DNA of 64,000 nucleotides from the human T2T-CHM13v2.0 reference genome, Homo sapiens (GCF_009914755.1 NC_060934.1), one strand, 5' to 3'; positions 12,431-27,534 are shown, counted from the first letter of the stretch. Program-made: numbers and translations. Notes: generated by a model from the letters alone, not told the origin.

Positions 12431-14450
12431 TGTTTTGGTAGTCTACTGCTCCATAACAAAGCATCTTCACATTTAGTGACTTAAGACAACAATCACTTAT
12501 TTTGCCTACAAATTTGCAATTTGGGTTTGAAGGCTAAACGGGGGTGGTTCATTTCAACCCCATGTGACATAAATTGGGTCACCTCTATCTTTTTCCAAGA
12601 AGATTTCCTTACACGGCTGGCAAGGTGGTTCTGGCTGTCAGATGGAACCCAGGCTTCTTGACCGGTGACCTCAGTTTCTTCACATGTGGGCCTTCCCATG
12701 TGGCCTGACCTTCCTTATAAAATGACAGTTTGCAAAACATACTATTCTGAGAAACAGGAAGTGGAAGCTTCCAATCTTAAAACCTGGACCTAAAAATTGC
12801 TACAAGATTATTTCTGCCATATTCTAATTATCAAGCCTACTCAGATGCAGTGGGAGAATTGTCAAAGAATTTGTGGATATCATTTATTATTATAAACAGA
12901 TATAACCATCCATTTCTACATCCATATGTGTCATTTGTTTGTCTGGCTGCAAATGATTTACTCTCCTTCCATGTGAAGAATACTCTTATCCTTTCCTAAG
13001 GCTCCCCTAAATCTAATGCCATTATGGCGTCAACTCAGAGTCCAAGATCTCATTATCATTGAAATCACGTTCAGGTGTAGATGAGGCTCGTTAGGTGTAG
13101 TTACTGTCTGTCTGAAGACCAGCGTGTTCCCCACAAACTCAACATACAATAGTGGACTAGGCTTAGCCTAACTGTAATAGTCCCATTCAAAAGGGCCGCA
13201 ACACGGCCACGCAGCAGTCGCTGGTCCTTTGCATGTTTACAGTTCACAACAGCGCACATTGCAGTTTCTTGATGAGGGCAATTCCTACTCTATGGAAATT
13301 ATCCTGCAGAGCTATTGGCTCTGTCCTCTAGGTTTGTAGTCCTAGCCACCAAGTCATACTTCATCTTCCATAAGAAATCATCTGTCTTACAGCTAAGTAC
13401 TTTTCTCAGCCTGCTTCCTTCCTACAGACATTTGGGAGTTCTAATTATCTCTTTTTACTTTGTACTATCTTTCCATTTCATTCCTAACTGACACAATTTC
13501 TTTAAAACATTTGTGGGTTTCTTATTTACCAATTTATAGTAAATTTCATTAAATAGAAGTCACATCCACATTTCTTTCCAAGACAGACCTTGTGTGCCTT
13601 GGGTGGCTGGTGACATTGCTGTGGAATATTGCTCTTAACACCTAAAAGCCCTGTTATTTAAACTAAAGTATCTATGATTCTTAATCACAGGCCTTTTGAT
13701 TCTCAGAAGTCCTACTAGGTACAACCTTAAATTTTTCTGAAGTCTTAACAAAAAATCTTAAAGCTATACTCTTGAAATCTTTGCCCTGAGTCCATGGTTT
13801 ACTGATAGAGGCCTGGATTTGGTCTTTGCCCTAGAGCCATTTTTCACTTTGAACATTTTTTTCCTGGGTAAAAATGACAGTGAGAAAGTTTATTTTTGAA
13901 CACAGCAAGTCCTGTATTCTTTGTATTTCCTCTAAACTTAGGTTGAAAGCTTAACCGGTTTTTATTTAAGTTTATCTCTCTCTTCTTATATTTTATCACA
14001 TGCAGCTAAAAGAAACCAGATGGCCCTTTTGACATTTTACCTGGAAATCTCCTTAGGCAGATCCGTGAGCTTATTAGACATTTTCTCTACTATATTCTAC
14101 AGGTGACGGTTTTGCTACACTTTTCACCACTGCCTAATACAGGTCATTTTTTCTGCAGCATTTCCCTTGCTGTCTTTCAACTTCAAATCTTAATCAACAA
14201 TCACTTTCAGCTTCCACCTGCCACCTGGTCCCAGAGCTGACACTATGTTTAGATATTTGGTTATGGCATCATCTTACATCTAGGTAACAAATTCTGGTTC
14301 TAGATATAATATATTTCAAGCACTCCAAGAGATAGCACGTGGGAGGTGCCAGCCTCTTAAAAGCTGGGCCCAGAAGCTGAGCAGCATCACTCTGAACAAG
14401 CTTGTCCAGATTTAAGGGCAGGGAATGAAACTAGTGTCAAAAAAATTACT
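12431..14450 (-). mobile_element. MLT1 (MLT1G/H/I-type) provirus remnant: 3' LTR about 12431-12885, internal about 12900-14295, partial 5' LTR about 14296-14450
   Basis: LTR antisense start tgttttggtagtctactgctccataacaaagcatc...atttagtgacttaagacaacaatc; internal ends taggtaacaaattctg (reverse of MaLR gaaattggtacc); second LTR piece repeats the cttaaaagctgggcccagaagctg motif. Confidence 0.7.
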
Positions 14451-14457
14451 TCTCACA

Positions 14458-14828
14458 GATGGGGAAGTAAGAAGTGGGAGCAGGTTTGAAGATCAGAGCT
14501 CAATTCAGCACATTGAATTAGAGACAGACAAGTTAAAATTTTTAATAGGCATTTAGATGTGATTCCAGATCCCCCGAAAAAGAGATCTCGGCTTGAGGAA
14601 TAAATCTGGGAGCTATGAAAATGAATACTCTTAACCCCCAAAAAAGTCTAGAGTAAGAAGAAAAGAAGACTTAAGACTAATGCCTGAGAAATTTTAACAC
14701 AGAAGTGTCAGATAGGGGAGCATCCAGCAGTGTAGACAAAGAAAGAGTATCCAGAAAGGCAGGAAGAAAACCAGACCAGTGTGGTGTCATGGAAGTCGAA
14801 GAAGAGAACTAGTTAAGAAACAGTGGTC
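14458..14828 (-). mobile_element. L2 fragment
   Basis: gagcaggtttgaag...aataaatctgggagc...ccagaaaggcaggaagaaaaccagaccagtgtggtgtcatggaagtc. Confidence 0.7.
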
Positions 14829-14829
14829 T

Positions 14830-15169
<340 letters not shown>

Positions 15170-17291
15170 TCAGGCCTCCTGCCAACTTAACGAAATGAAG
15201 CACATAGAATAACAAATGAAAACAACATACTTTCCTGCTGGGTTAAGGCTACTGGCAGGGTTTTGGCCAGATTATGAAATATGGTTTTGTAAAAGCAAAG
15301 AAATATTTAGATACTGTGACTTTCCATATAAAAAATTATGTATATAAAGAACCAGAAAGCTTGAGAGCTATGATAGTTATTGTCTGAGCAGAATCTACTG
15401 AATTTCTAATAAGGATGATACGCAGAAAACAGAAAAAGGAACTCCAAACCATCAGCATACCCGAGAATCATCCCTGCGCACCACGGTCAGCCATTTTGCC
15501 ATTTCATTTGTTTATTTCAAAGGAGAAAGACTGTCTTTCTGGAGGATGAACAACCAAGATATGATATATGTTTTCACTAGGTATAAATCAAATAAGAGTA
15601 CTGCAGAGAAGTAGAAATTTCCTTTTGAAACCATGTTCATGAAACTGAGTTTTGGAAATGATGGCTGCCTGGGTGGTATTGCTGGATCAGTTCAAGTTGG
15701 CTTGTATTTATTGGAAGGGAACACTGCAATTTGCTTAAAATACTCTTCCATTCTAGAATGTTTTATTCACCTCAAGTCCAGCTTCTGGACACGCTGATGT
15801 CAGGATTCCATCTCACTTCCTTCTTGGTCTCCTCTCTCCTTCAAGGGACACAAAGCATTTGACCTAAAGCAAGGACAAAAATCGAGTCTTTTTTCTTTGA
15901 GAGGCCCTAAAACCCACTCTATGGATGACTGCCCTACTGTGGAAGGAAATACTGATACATGACATGAAGCATTGTCAGTGTCTCTAAGGATGATTGGTTT
16001 CATCTCTTGTGGGGAGATAACTGTAAAACCACTCTTCTACGGATGTTTGCAAAATCTGGAAGTTCTGGAGGAAATGTCAAAATCCTCCATGTTTAGCACT
16101 GTATAAAAACTAGCTCAATGCTTTGTGGAAGTAGGGCTCGGGTCACCTACTTCTGGTTGGTTTTCTCTGAAATATCCCAAAGAGGTTAACAGCAAATAAA
16201 TATAAAAATGCAGAGAGATGAGCAAAAGAGAAAAGATTCTAAGAGAGATGAAAAATAAAAGATTCCAGGAAGGATCTGGAAATTATACACGTTTTTCCAG
16301 GAGATTGATTTGAATTTTGGAAAAGTCGTCTAACTGCCTGGAGTTTATGCAAATCCAAGCTCTGAATGTTTTCTGAGGTCTGCCCTATCAGTCATAATAT
16401 ATAATGGAAAGAACTAATTATCTTAGAACTGTGCAGCTGCATGCAACCTTCAGATTAATATCAGAGTTCAAAGAGAGAAGCAGATGTGTAAGGCAGAAGC
16501 AATGCCAGCTATATACTTTGGAGCATTAGGAAATATTTGGTTTGATGAAAGAGTCTTATTCAATAATAATTTTCCATCTCTTAACCATGGCGATGGGATT
16601 AATATATATTAATCTGTCAACTAGATTGCTGTTTTTCATTGTATTTGTTATTTTTCCATGTGCGGCTTCATAGATAGGAAATTGTAGCATTTTCAGAGCT
16701 CATGTGGATCTTGTAAATCCCAATGGAAGACACTAAGAAAAACAAATCTAAATAAGGTGTCTGTACTATTGTCAATTGCAATTTATTATTCTCTTTTTAG
16801 CAGAACTGAGAATAACACTATACAAGTCAATTTGCTGAAACTTGTCTCTTAACTTTTTAGCTAAATAGTTGAGGTTTAGAGGCACGTTTTTAAGACAGTG
16901 AGTGTTTGTCGGCATTGCGCTTTAAGCAACCCTTCTAGATGCCTTGGAAAATGAGCTCAGTTTTCACAGGCTTGGAAAATTGTAAAACCAAAGATGCTAA
17001 GTGCTCAGTTTGACTCTGGAAGCTGTCTAGCTTTGTGACATTCGCATGTCTTTACTATAAGCCAGCCTTCAGCAGAAAAGGACAAAAACACACTTGGAAA
17101 TGATCTAGTCAAAACTGTGCACAGAAAAACAACTGGAAATTAGTACAACCATTATGGAAAAACAGTGTGGAGCTTCCTCAAAAAGAAAAACAAAAATAAA
17201 ACTGCCATATGATCTAGCAATCATACTATTGGGTATATATCCAGAGGAAATGAAATCAGTATGTCAAAGAGATATCTAAACTCCCATTATG

Positions 17292-17601
17292 TTTTTTAAG
17301 AGTTGAGATCCCACTCTGTCATCCAGGCTGAAGTGCAGTAGTGCAGTCATAGCTCACTGAAGCCTCCAACTCCTGTGCTCAAGCGATCCTCCCAGCTTAG
17401 CCTCTGTAGTAGCTGGGACTACTGATGCAAGCAAACATGCCTAGTTTGTTGTTGTTGTTGTTGTTGTTTGTTTTGTTTTTAGAGATGAAGTCTTGCTGTG
17501 TTTCCCAGGCTGATCAATCTTGAATTCCTGGCCTCAAGCAATCCTCCTACCTCAGCCTCCGAAGTCACTAGGATTACAGATGTGAGCCACTGTGTCTGGC
17601 T
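17292..17601 (-). mobile_element. AluJ with (GTT)n-expanded linker, nested in L1MA
   Basis: J diagnostics: catagctcactgaagcctccaactcctgtgctcaagcgatcctccc; degenerate TSD actcccat..gt / actctcatgt. Confidence 0.9.
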
Positions 17602-17954
17602 TGCACTCTCATGTTTTTTGCAACTCTATTCAACATAGCCAACATATGGAACCCACTTAAGTGTCCATCAGCAAATGAATGAAGAAAATAAAATTAGATA
17701 CACAGTGTAATACTATTCAGCCATAAAAAAGGAGGAAGTCCTGCCATTTGCAACGACATGAATTAACGTGGAGGACATTATGTTAAATGAGATAAGCTAG
17801 GCACAGAATGACAAATAACCACATGATCTCACTTATATGTAGAATATAAAGTAGTTGAATTCATAGAAGCAGAGAAGAAAGTGGTGGTTACCAGGGCCTG
17901 GGGTCAGAGGAGTGGGGAGATCTGGGAAATGTTGGTGAAATGATAGAAAATTTC

Positions 17955-18288
<334 letters not shown>

Positions 18289-18835
18289 TTAGGAGAAATA
18301 TGTCAAGAGGTCTGTTGTACAACATGGTGACTACAGTTAAAAACAACATACTGTATATTTGAAAAGTACTAAAAATGGTAGATTTTAAGTGTTCTCACCA
18401 CAAAAAAATTGTAAACGTGTGAGGTCATGCATATGTTAATTAACTTGATTTAGCCATTCCACAGTTTGTATATATATTACAATATGTCATGCACCATAAA
18501 TATATACAATTTTTATAAATTAAAACATAACAGAGAAAAATGACTGAAGAAAATACATCAGTGTACATAATCATCATCTGTAGGTGGGAGGACAATGTTT
18601 GACTTTAGATTGTTCTTCCAGCATCTCTTTATTGTTCTAAATTTTCTATCATAGGAATGGAATAATAATTAATTGAGGTGAAACTAAATATTTTTAAATG
18701 TTTTAATTAAATTTTACTTCCTGTAACATCTAACGGGATGCCCACTCCTGTATAAAATGAGCACATTAGCTCATAAGTGGCTAGAATTTATAAGTGAATT
18801 TTTTAATTCTCTAGCTATCCATGACATGTTTTCTA

Positions 18836-19278
<443 letters not shown>

Positions 19279-19732
19279 TCACTAGTGATTTGTTTTCCCT
19301 CATATGAACCAGTGATAGCTACATCCTAGCACATCCTAGCTGCCACCTGCGAAGATAAGAAATGATATAGGGTTAGATTTGGGACAGTTATTAGTGAAGA
19401 GGCAAGGATGATCTTCCCGGACTCAGTGTAATCCAGATATTGTCATGCAGAATGAGCCACTGGAGATACTAGCCCGTGGAGGAGACACAGAAGAAAGGTA
19501 ATGGCAAAAACTCTTGTCTGGAGTTTTTACTATTACAAAGCAGCATTGGACATCAACAGCAGAAGGGAAGAAAAGAAGATAATGAGTGTTCGGCAACTCT
19601 GTGACCAAGGGCCAAAGATACCAGCCAATTTCTAGACATTCTCCTTGGTACAAAGGACAGTGTGAAGGCAGAGGGTTTCCTTCACCACTGCATTGATCGA
19701 CGAGTGTTAAAAAGCAACGCAGAAGAACAAAA

Positions 19733-19987
19733 CCACCTACCATATTCTGGAGCCCTTACTCTGTGCCAGACACTGTGCTGAATGCCTTACATTCCTGATC
19801 TCATGTAGTACACGTGACTCTAAGATGGGCACTATTACCCAACTTTTCTAGGAATATCTGTAGCTCAGGGTGGGAAAAAAAAATACTTATTCAAGATCAC
19901 AAATCTAGTAAATGACAGAGTTGGAATTGGAACCCAGGTCTGTGTGACTTCAAAGCCAGGCTCTTCAATGTTATGATGCATTGCTTC
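19733..19987 (-). mobile_element. MIR (MIRb-like), near full length
   Basis: cttactctgtgccagacactgtgctgaatgccttac...aagatcacaaatctagtaaatgacagagttggaattggaacccaggtctgtgtgacttcaaagcc. Confidence 0.85.
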
Positions 19988-20711
19988 CTCCCATCTGTTT
20001 CCCAGACTAACAGATGTATAGCTCTTTGCATCTTGATAGCATTATCGCATGGCATTCTCACACCAGCAGTGTAGATGGAGGTGGAGCAGATGCCACCCTT
20101 GTACTATACATGCCAGCACAAAGAAAACACTGAGTGTCCAGCCCAAAGCAAGAAACCTAGTAAACAATGGCAATAGGTGACAATCCTAGGATTTCTTCCT
20201 TTCTTTTTGCTTCCTTTTAATCCGTAATACATTGTAATTTCTCACTGCAACAGTGAAACGCCTCTGTGTAGCAATGAAATCTCTGTTTTCTGTGAATTGA
20301 ACAGAAAGAATAATGACCCAGGCAGAACACAGTCAGGATGAAAATCCTGCCAGAACATGGGATTGATCACTCCCTCTAAAGGGACACAAAATAGCCAAAC
20401 TGTGATCACTGTAAAGAGCTAGATTTGCATCTTATCCTAAGTATGGCTTTAGTCAGTTACTTCATCTATTGATTTTCTGTGAAAATCTTGAGCCTGTGTT
20501 TTGTGAGAAAAACGCCTGAAGGGCCTGTGATGAATTCCTTTTTAGCTTTAAGTACAACCAGTACAACCATCAGGATGATAGAAGTGCTTCTCGGTGATGT
20601 AACTGCAACCATTTCTTTCTGCTTGTTTGAACCAAAGTACTTTTTGATTGAAAACTACCTCGTTCAGACCTGCTTTGAAGGAAGAAATCGAGCAGGATGG
20701 GTTAAAGTACT

Positions 20712-20940
20712 ACATTGATCAGTTATTGCCACAATAATGCTGGGTAGTCAACTACCCACAAAGAAAGTGGTATATAGCCCTGCACTTTGATTCCCAGGCT
20801 AAGTCTGCAAGTTCACTATGGTTCTGCTGATTTAGGGTAGGGTGTACTCTGCTTCAGACTATGGTGTAACTGGTCGTGGTACCAGGTCAGTTTTCATGGG
20901 TTAGGCTCGTGTCTATCCATGTATGTTTATTTTGGAGTGG
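20712..20940 (-). mobile_element. MLT1I/J-like LTR fragment
   Basis: tcagttattgccacaataatgctgggtagtcaactaccc...gttctgctgatttagggtaggg. Confidence 0.55.
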
Positions 20941-21163
20941 AGAAATAAAATATGTTTATTTTGGAGTGGAGAAATTAGCTTCCCCTTATTTGGAAGGGGA
21001 AGCTAATTTGCTAAACTGAAAAGCTCTCGAGAGAGCAGGTAAGCCAGGTTTCAATGTTTCCAATGTGGTCAGACTGGGTCTCCAAGGATTCCCCAGAGGC
21101 TTGGGGTTTTTACAGCAGGACTTTGGGGGTCATAAACCAATTAAGATAAAAGTACCTATAACA

Positions 21164-21462
21164 GGCTGGGCATGGTGGCTCAGGCCTGTAGTCGCAGAAC
21201 TTTGGGAAACCAAGGCAGGTGGATCACTTGAGGTCAGGAGTTCAAGACCAACCTGGCCACCGTGGTGAAAACCCATCTCTACTAAAATTACAGAAATTAG
21301 CCGGGTGTGGTGACACACACCTGTAATCTCAGCTACTTGGGAGGCTGAGGCAGGAGGATCACTTGAGCCTGGGAGGTGGAGGTTGCAGTGAGCCCGAGAT
21401 TGCACCACTGCACTCCAGCCTGGGCAACAGAGCAAGACTCTGTCAAAAAAAAAAAAAAAAAA
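21164..21462 (+). mobile_element. Alu (old S / Jb-like)
   Basis: Full dimer with ggaggatcacttgagcctggg in the right arm; TSD aaaagtacctataaca / aaaagacctataata. Confidence 0.95.
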
Positions 21463-22665
21463 GACCTATAATAGTGCTTAAACTACACCCACCTTCTGTT
21501 GGAGAGAGAAACGGGGTGGAGAGAGGAGAATGCAACATCCCATACACCAAACCCAGTGCTGGACCTGACCTTGTGACAAATACCAAAGCAATGAGAATAA
21601 AGGAGTACACTCTCTTTTTTTGCCCTAAAATTCTACTTTACATGGAGAAAGTCATGAGAGTCTGCCATATAGAGTAGATAGAAAAAAATTAGTGAATAAA
21701 ACATTGTCACTTTGGGTCCTATTTCCAAACGAATTAAAATGACGAGACTAAAATGAACCTTAGTCATTTTTTTTTCCATATTGAAACACTCAGCTGTGAT
21801 TACGTTTTGTTTTGCTTAATGAAAAGATAGCACCTACTTTAGTGGTCTAAGTTTACACTTGCATGTTTCAAATATCAGCATTCATAACTTGTGATCATCT
21901 GATTTATACTACTTTATTCAAGTAGACAGAAAATGCTCTTCATTAAGAATAAATTCCTAACACATGAAAGTTTTCTCTCTTCTTTTTCTATGTTAGATTC
22001 CTACTAGTTACTGGCTAAATCTTACTATAATATCTAATTTTGAATTCTGATATATTTTATGTCTTTATATTAAGCTCTGAATACACATCCTTATATCTGG
22101 GGATATTATGACAGGTACAAATAAAAAAAAAACCAAAATATAAAATAAAGCTATTTCAGATGCCTAACAAGAAAGCATGGAAATTCAATTATCATGGAAA
22201 ATCTCAGTATATTATAATTCAATTTGGTCCAGGTTCAAAAACCTACTTTCTGGTAATTGAAGTTATAGCAGGCCCATCTTCCAGTGTTCACTGTCTGCTA
22301 AGCTCAATCCTGTTGGCCTCTTCTGATCCGCAGTTCTGATAGGACTACTATTCTAATATTGCCCCTCTGAGATACTGCTTTTTTTTTTTTTTCATGCTAA
22401 GTTTATCTACCATAGACTATGGGAATGCAACTCCAGACTTTGCAGTGTGCTCTGGCTTCCAGAAAGATACAGACTGACCTGGGTTTAAGCCCCCGGGAAG
22501 TTCTATGTTTGCCAGGAGAGGACTCCGGGAGCAGTGACACCATCATGGAGTCTAGCTGAAGAAAGAGCAGGTTGTTGTCTGTAATCACCAGCTCTAATCA
22601 GGGCATGTCTCATCTTACTTGCTTTTATGTGAGTTCCATATATATCTCATTGAAAACAGGGTTCT

Positions 22666-23116
<451 letters not shown>

Positions 23117-24249
23117 CTAAAATCACCTATACAGGGAGAGGAGGTCCTCAGTGGCCTGTCTGCAGTCATTCACTTTGAGTTTCCCTCAAGTCAATGTAAT
23201 CATTTGCAGACATTTAATAAGAGGCAAACTGGTTACTGGGGAGACCGCATCATCTGGTCTTGTATTAGTGTCTGCCCCAAGGCTTTCCCCTCATTCCTTT
23301 ATACATTTTTGCTAAGCACCAAGAAGCACTTTACTTCCAATGGTCATGGGCTTCTCAGCCATAACGAAAGATTCTGTGAATATCTTTTTTCCCCTTATTT
23401 ATATCTTTATGAATCTTCATATAATTTTAGTAAATTGTTTATTTGTGCACATTGCTGTTGAGGCCATGCTTAATTATTGCTTTTTCATATACTTTGGAAA
23501 GAAAATAGACCCCTGTATCGTGGTGAACAAAGGAAGGTGACAGATAAAAGTTCCTTTTATCTCTGGAGTCCTTACATTCTCAAAGAACTTTAATGTTGAT
23601 TAATTCACGTCATCTTCACAAACACGTTGGGTGAAAATAAAGGTGATGGCAGCAGCAGAAATGGTTAGACTTGGATAAGAGCTGGTGTTTAAAGCATATG
23701 CCCCCAAGAAACATTTATTTCATCTTTTAACCATCATTCAGTTATTTGTTTCACAGACCAGCCTGGTTTCATGTGCCCTGACCGTGAGCTCAGCCATGGG
23801 AGTCTCCTATCTCTTTGTCTGTTGACTCTGATTTCTCTAAGCCCTGGTCCTGGCTTAGCCTCCTGCTCTAAGTTCCAGCTTCCATTACTAATTCTTGTTT
23901 TTGTTTTTGTTTTTGTTTTTTGGTCTAGTCAGGATTCCAATTCTGTCTCCAAATCTAGCTGCTGAATTGGAGCTGCTTATTTCAGTATAGAGAATTAAAA
24001 AAAAACAAAAAAAACCCTACACCATAGAAAGACAAACACACAATTAACTTTTTTCTTGAGGAAGATTTTAAAGAAGCTGTAAATAAAATAAAATACTATT
24101 TCTTTTACTAATTGTCCTTCACTTGCATTGAAACTGCCATAACTAAAAATTGGTTGAACCTCTAAAATCCCCCACTGAACTTTTGTCACGCTCTTTAAAG
24201 TCAATTCATTCTGTATTTTTTTTAATTAGAGAAATAGTACCAGTTATTA

Positions 24250-24915
24250 ACTTCTTACTGTTCGCCTTTCAGGTCTCGGTTTAAATATCATTTCTTCATA
24301 AAGCTTTCCTAGGCTGCCCTGACCAGGTTTGGTCACTGCTGTGGTTTGGATGTGTGTCCCCTCCAAAATTCACATTGAAGCGTAATCCCCATTATGTTGA
24401 TGTTAAGAGATGGGGCCTTTGGGTAGCAATTAAGTCGGGAGTTTTCCACCTTCACAATGGATCAGTGCCTCATACAAGGACTGGGGGAGCTAGTATAGGA
24501 GCTAGCTTTTTGCTCTTGTATCTTGTCGGGTGAGGATACCTAGACAGCACCATTTATGAGGAACAGGCCATTGCCAGACACTGAAGCTGTAGGCACCTTG
24601 ATTTTGGACTTCTCAGCTTCCAGAACTGTGAGCAATAAATTCCTGTTGTTTATAAATGACCCAGTCTCGACTATTATGTTAGAGCAGCAGGGATAGACTA
24701 AGACAGTCACATGGTAACATACACATGTGTAGCACTGCAAACTTCATTACTTACATATCCTGCAGCTTTAACAATCCATACCTTTCTTCCTCGATAAGCT
24801 ATAACTTCAAGGAGAGCAGAGAATGTCTTATTCACTTGCAGCATCCTCAGGCCTAGCACAATAACCAGTAAGTACATCACAGATCTAATGAAAATGTTGA
24901 TCGGTATGAATAAAC
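24250..24915 (+). mobile_element. L2 3' end split by a MaLR LTR
   Basis: ttcaggtctcggtttaaatatcatttcttcataaagctttcct ... gagagcagagaatgtcttattcac...cctcaggcctagcaca...tgaataaa. Confidence 0.65.
24337..24705 (+). mobile_element. MLT1A/MSTD-type solo LTR
   Basis: tgctgtggtttggatgtgtgtcccctccaaaattcac...gactaagaca; perfect 5-bp TSD gtcac (24332-24336, 24706-24710). Confidence 0.92.
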
Positions 24916-25334
24916 AGAGCGCAGTGTATTAGCCATTGAGGATGCCAGGATCTAGACACCATCTCAGGCAATTCAACATCTAGCTGGGGATGCAGGACAT
25001 GTAAAAACAAATGCAAACAGTATCAGAATAAAATAAAGAATAATCAAATGTATCATAAATTCCAAAAAGCTATACTTTCAGTGAAATCTACAAGGTCTTA
25101 GAGGCATGAAGACAGTGGTTTGGGATGGCCAAGAAAGGTTTGTTTGTTTGTTTGTTTGTTTCAGAAAGGTGATAATCAGAGAAATGGAGCAACTTAGTGG
25201 AAAGGGTGCCCTCTTGGTCTTTTTGGCAAGGGAGATCATGGGTAGCAAAGTAACGAGCTGCATGCATAATGGATTTGAAGAACACATCTGTATATTTTCA
25301 TTTTATTCTATGGGATACCTAGGGCAATAGGGAA

Positions 25335-25607
25335 TTCTCTCTTTCTCTCTTCCTTCCCTTTTTCTCCTTTCCTTTCCTTTCCTTTCCTTTCCTTTCCTTT
25401 CCTTTCCTTTCCTTTCCTCTCCTCTCCTCCCTCACCTCCCTGCCCCCCTCCCCTCCTCTCCCCGCCCCCCTCCCCTCCCCTCCCCTCCCCTACCCTTCTT
25501 TCCTTTCCTTTCCTTTCCTTTCCTTTCCTTTCCTTTCCTTTCCTTTCCTTTCCTTTCCTTTCCTTTCCTTTCCTTTCCTTTCCTTTCCTTTCCTTTCTTT
25601 TCCTTTT
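25335..25607. repeat. Compound pyrimidine pentanucleotide tract: (CCTTT)10 - CCTCT/CCCCT core - (TCCTT)19
   Basis: Counted directly. Confidence 0.97.
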
Positions 25608-27534
25608 AAAATTTTATAGCCGATGTAGTAAAAGCAACTTTTGGGAACACTCAGGATGACAATATGTATAGGTCAAAAATATGATGGGAAGGAATAGAAT
25701 TTTGTGGTCATCCATGTGATAGAATAAGGAGGGCTGTAACCATGAGAAAGATGGAGCAATGACAGGACCAACCAGACCTGATGCCCAACTAGACGGAGAG
25801 GGGGAAGGAGTAGGGAGTGTCTTAGGGACTCCCAGCTTTGGAAGGGGGATGAAGAATGCTAGGCATACGTTAAAAGACAGAGAGAGAGAAAGCCAAGGAA
25901 GGGTGACTATGTTGAATTTGAAGGGACAGCAGCACAGCCCAGCTATAAGAAATCACTCACGGATGGGTTTGATCTTGAGGCTTTGTTTGTGGCATGCGGT
26001 GCTGAAGAATTTGGTTTGAAGGACAGCTGCATACAGATGTTTTGCTTCCCTGGGGAACTTACAGAAGAGAGTCTTTAGTTAGAGACAAAAAATATTCATG
26101 TACTGGCTTTGCTTATAAACCTAAAGGACAATAATAAAGAATATTAAATTCTCTCGTGGAGTCCCAAAAAGTGATACTGACCCTTTTGGTTCAAACTTTG
26201 CATACCCTATCAGTGACTTCCAATCTTCATAAAAATAAGAAATATTAGTATAGGTCAATATTTTGACATTTATTATTACTACTAATTTCAGATATTAAAG
26301 ATGAAACATCAATGAGTAAACATGATTAATGTTTAAACCAAGCAGATCTTCACGGCTAATCTAATAATGCAATAAGTGCACAAGTTTCAGATCACCATTT
26401 TCTCTCAAAGAAAAGTATCTTACTAGATGTGAACTTTTGCAGCATGAACAGCCCTGAACAAAAGAAAAACTGGCTTGGCTTTTAGAATTGAAGATCTGAG
26501 TGTGCAGGAAGCAGGCCAAATTAGCTGCAAATAAAGTGTCTGCACTATAAAAACAGTTCTGCAGCTTTTTCCAATGGCACTGCCTTTGAGTCATCTAGGA
26601 TGCACAGTGCTGTAGTTATTGGGTAGGTTTTTAGTTGGATGTCTTATAGATTGTTCAAGAAATTAACAGATAGTCTGCAATGACAGGGCCAGCTATGAAA
26701 TTGCTCCAACTTTTATTGCTGAAATGTTGACCATTCTGTGAATGTGTCAGTGGCGGTGACAAGACTGCAGTTTGAAACCAGTCTGACGATCCCCACCTCA
26801 TCAGGGGCCCATCTGACTTTAGCATATTGGCACTGAACACTGACGCCAGCCTCTGTCCAGCACAGGAAGCCCTCTTGACACTTGGAAGTAGGTGTTGGGA
26901 GCCATATTGAGAAAGCCAGGAGTCTGACCAGATGGTAGCTCTCCCTTGAACTTCTTTACAGATTTATTTTCTCTATGAAGCAGAGGGAATTGGCCAAGTC
27001 TGCCAAGCACATGGCCTTTTTCTGTACTTTCATCAGATGAGGAAGCCCTGGCTAGTCTTTTGGAGGCCGAAGACTTGGCAGGCTAGCAATCTTGGCAAAG
27101 CCACGCAGCTCACAGACTACCAGGGGGCCCTTCAGATCACAAAGCAATCCTTGAAGTTTGCAAAGTTCCTAGATGAGGGGTGTGGGGACAGGGCAGCAAT
27201 GATCCATCACAGACACCTACAGGCATTCTGGAAATATAACCAGCTCTGCCAAGATAGAGGGTGAAATAGAATATATTTAACAAGTCTTTCCAATAGAAAA
27301 CTCATTTTGCAAGTGTTTAAATGCATAAATGTTGAACGGGCATTATGGTAGTCCATCCAGGTATTGATTCCCACACATTTCCCAGAATGTGCTCAGACTC
27401 CGTAGGTTTTCATAGTGAGGTTAGCAACTTTTATTTTCATTTAATATTATTATTATTCCCATCTATTCTTTTAAGGAAAGGATAGCAAGAGCACTAAAGT
27501 GTCTTATGCTCCTACTCTTCAACCTCCAATTGAC

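Noticed and set aside
16801-16897. + strand exon candidate (ttctctttttag| ... gaca|gtgagt)
   Set aside because: Isolated, with no coherent + strand partner exons or coding signal; cannot be told apart from a pseudo-exon
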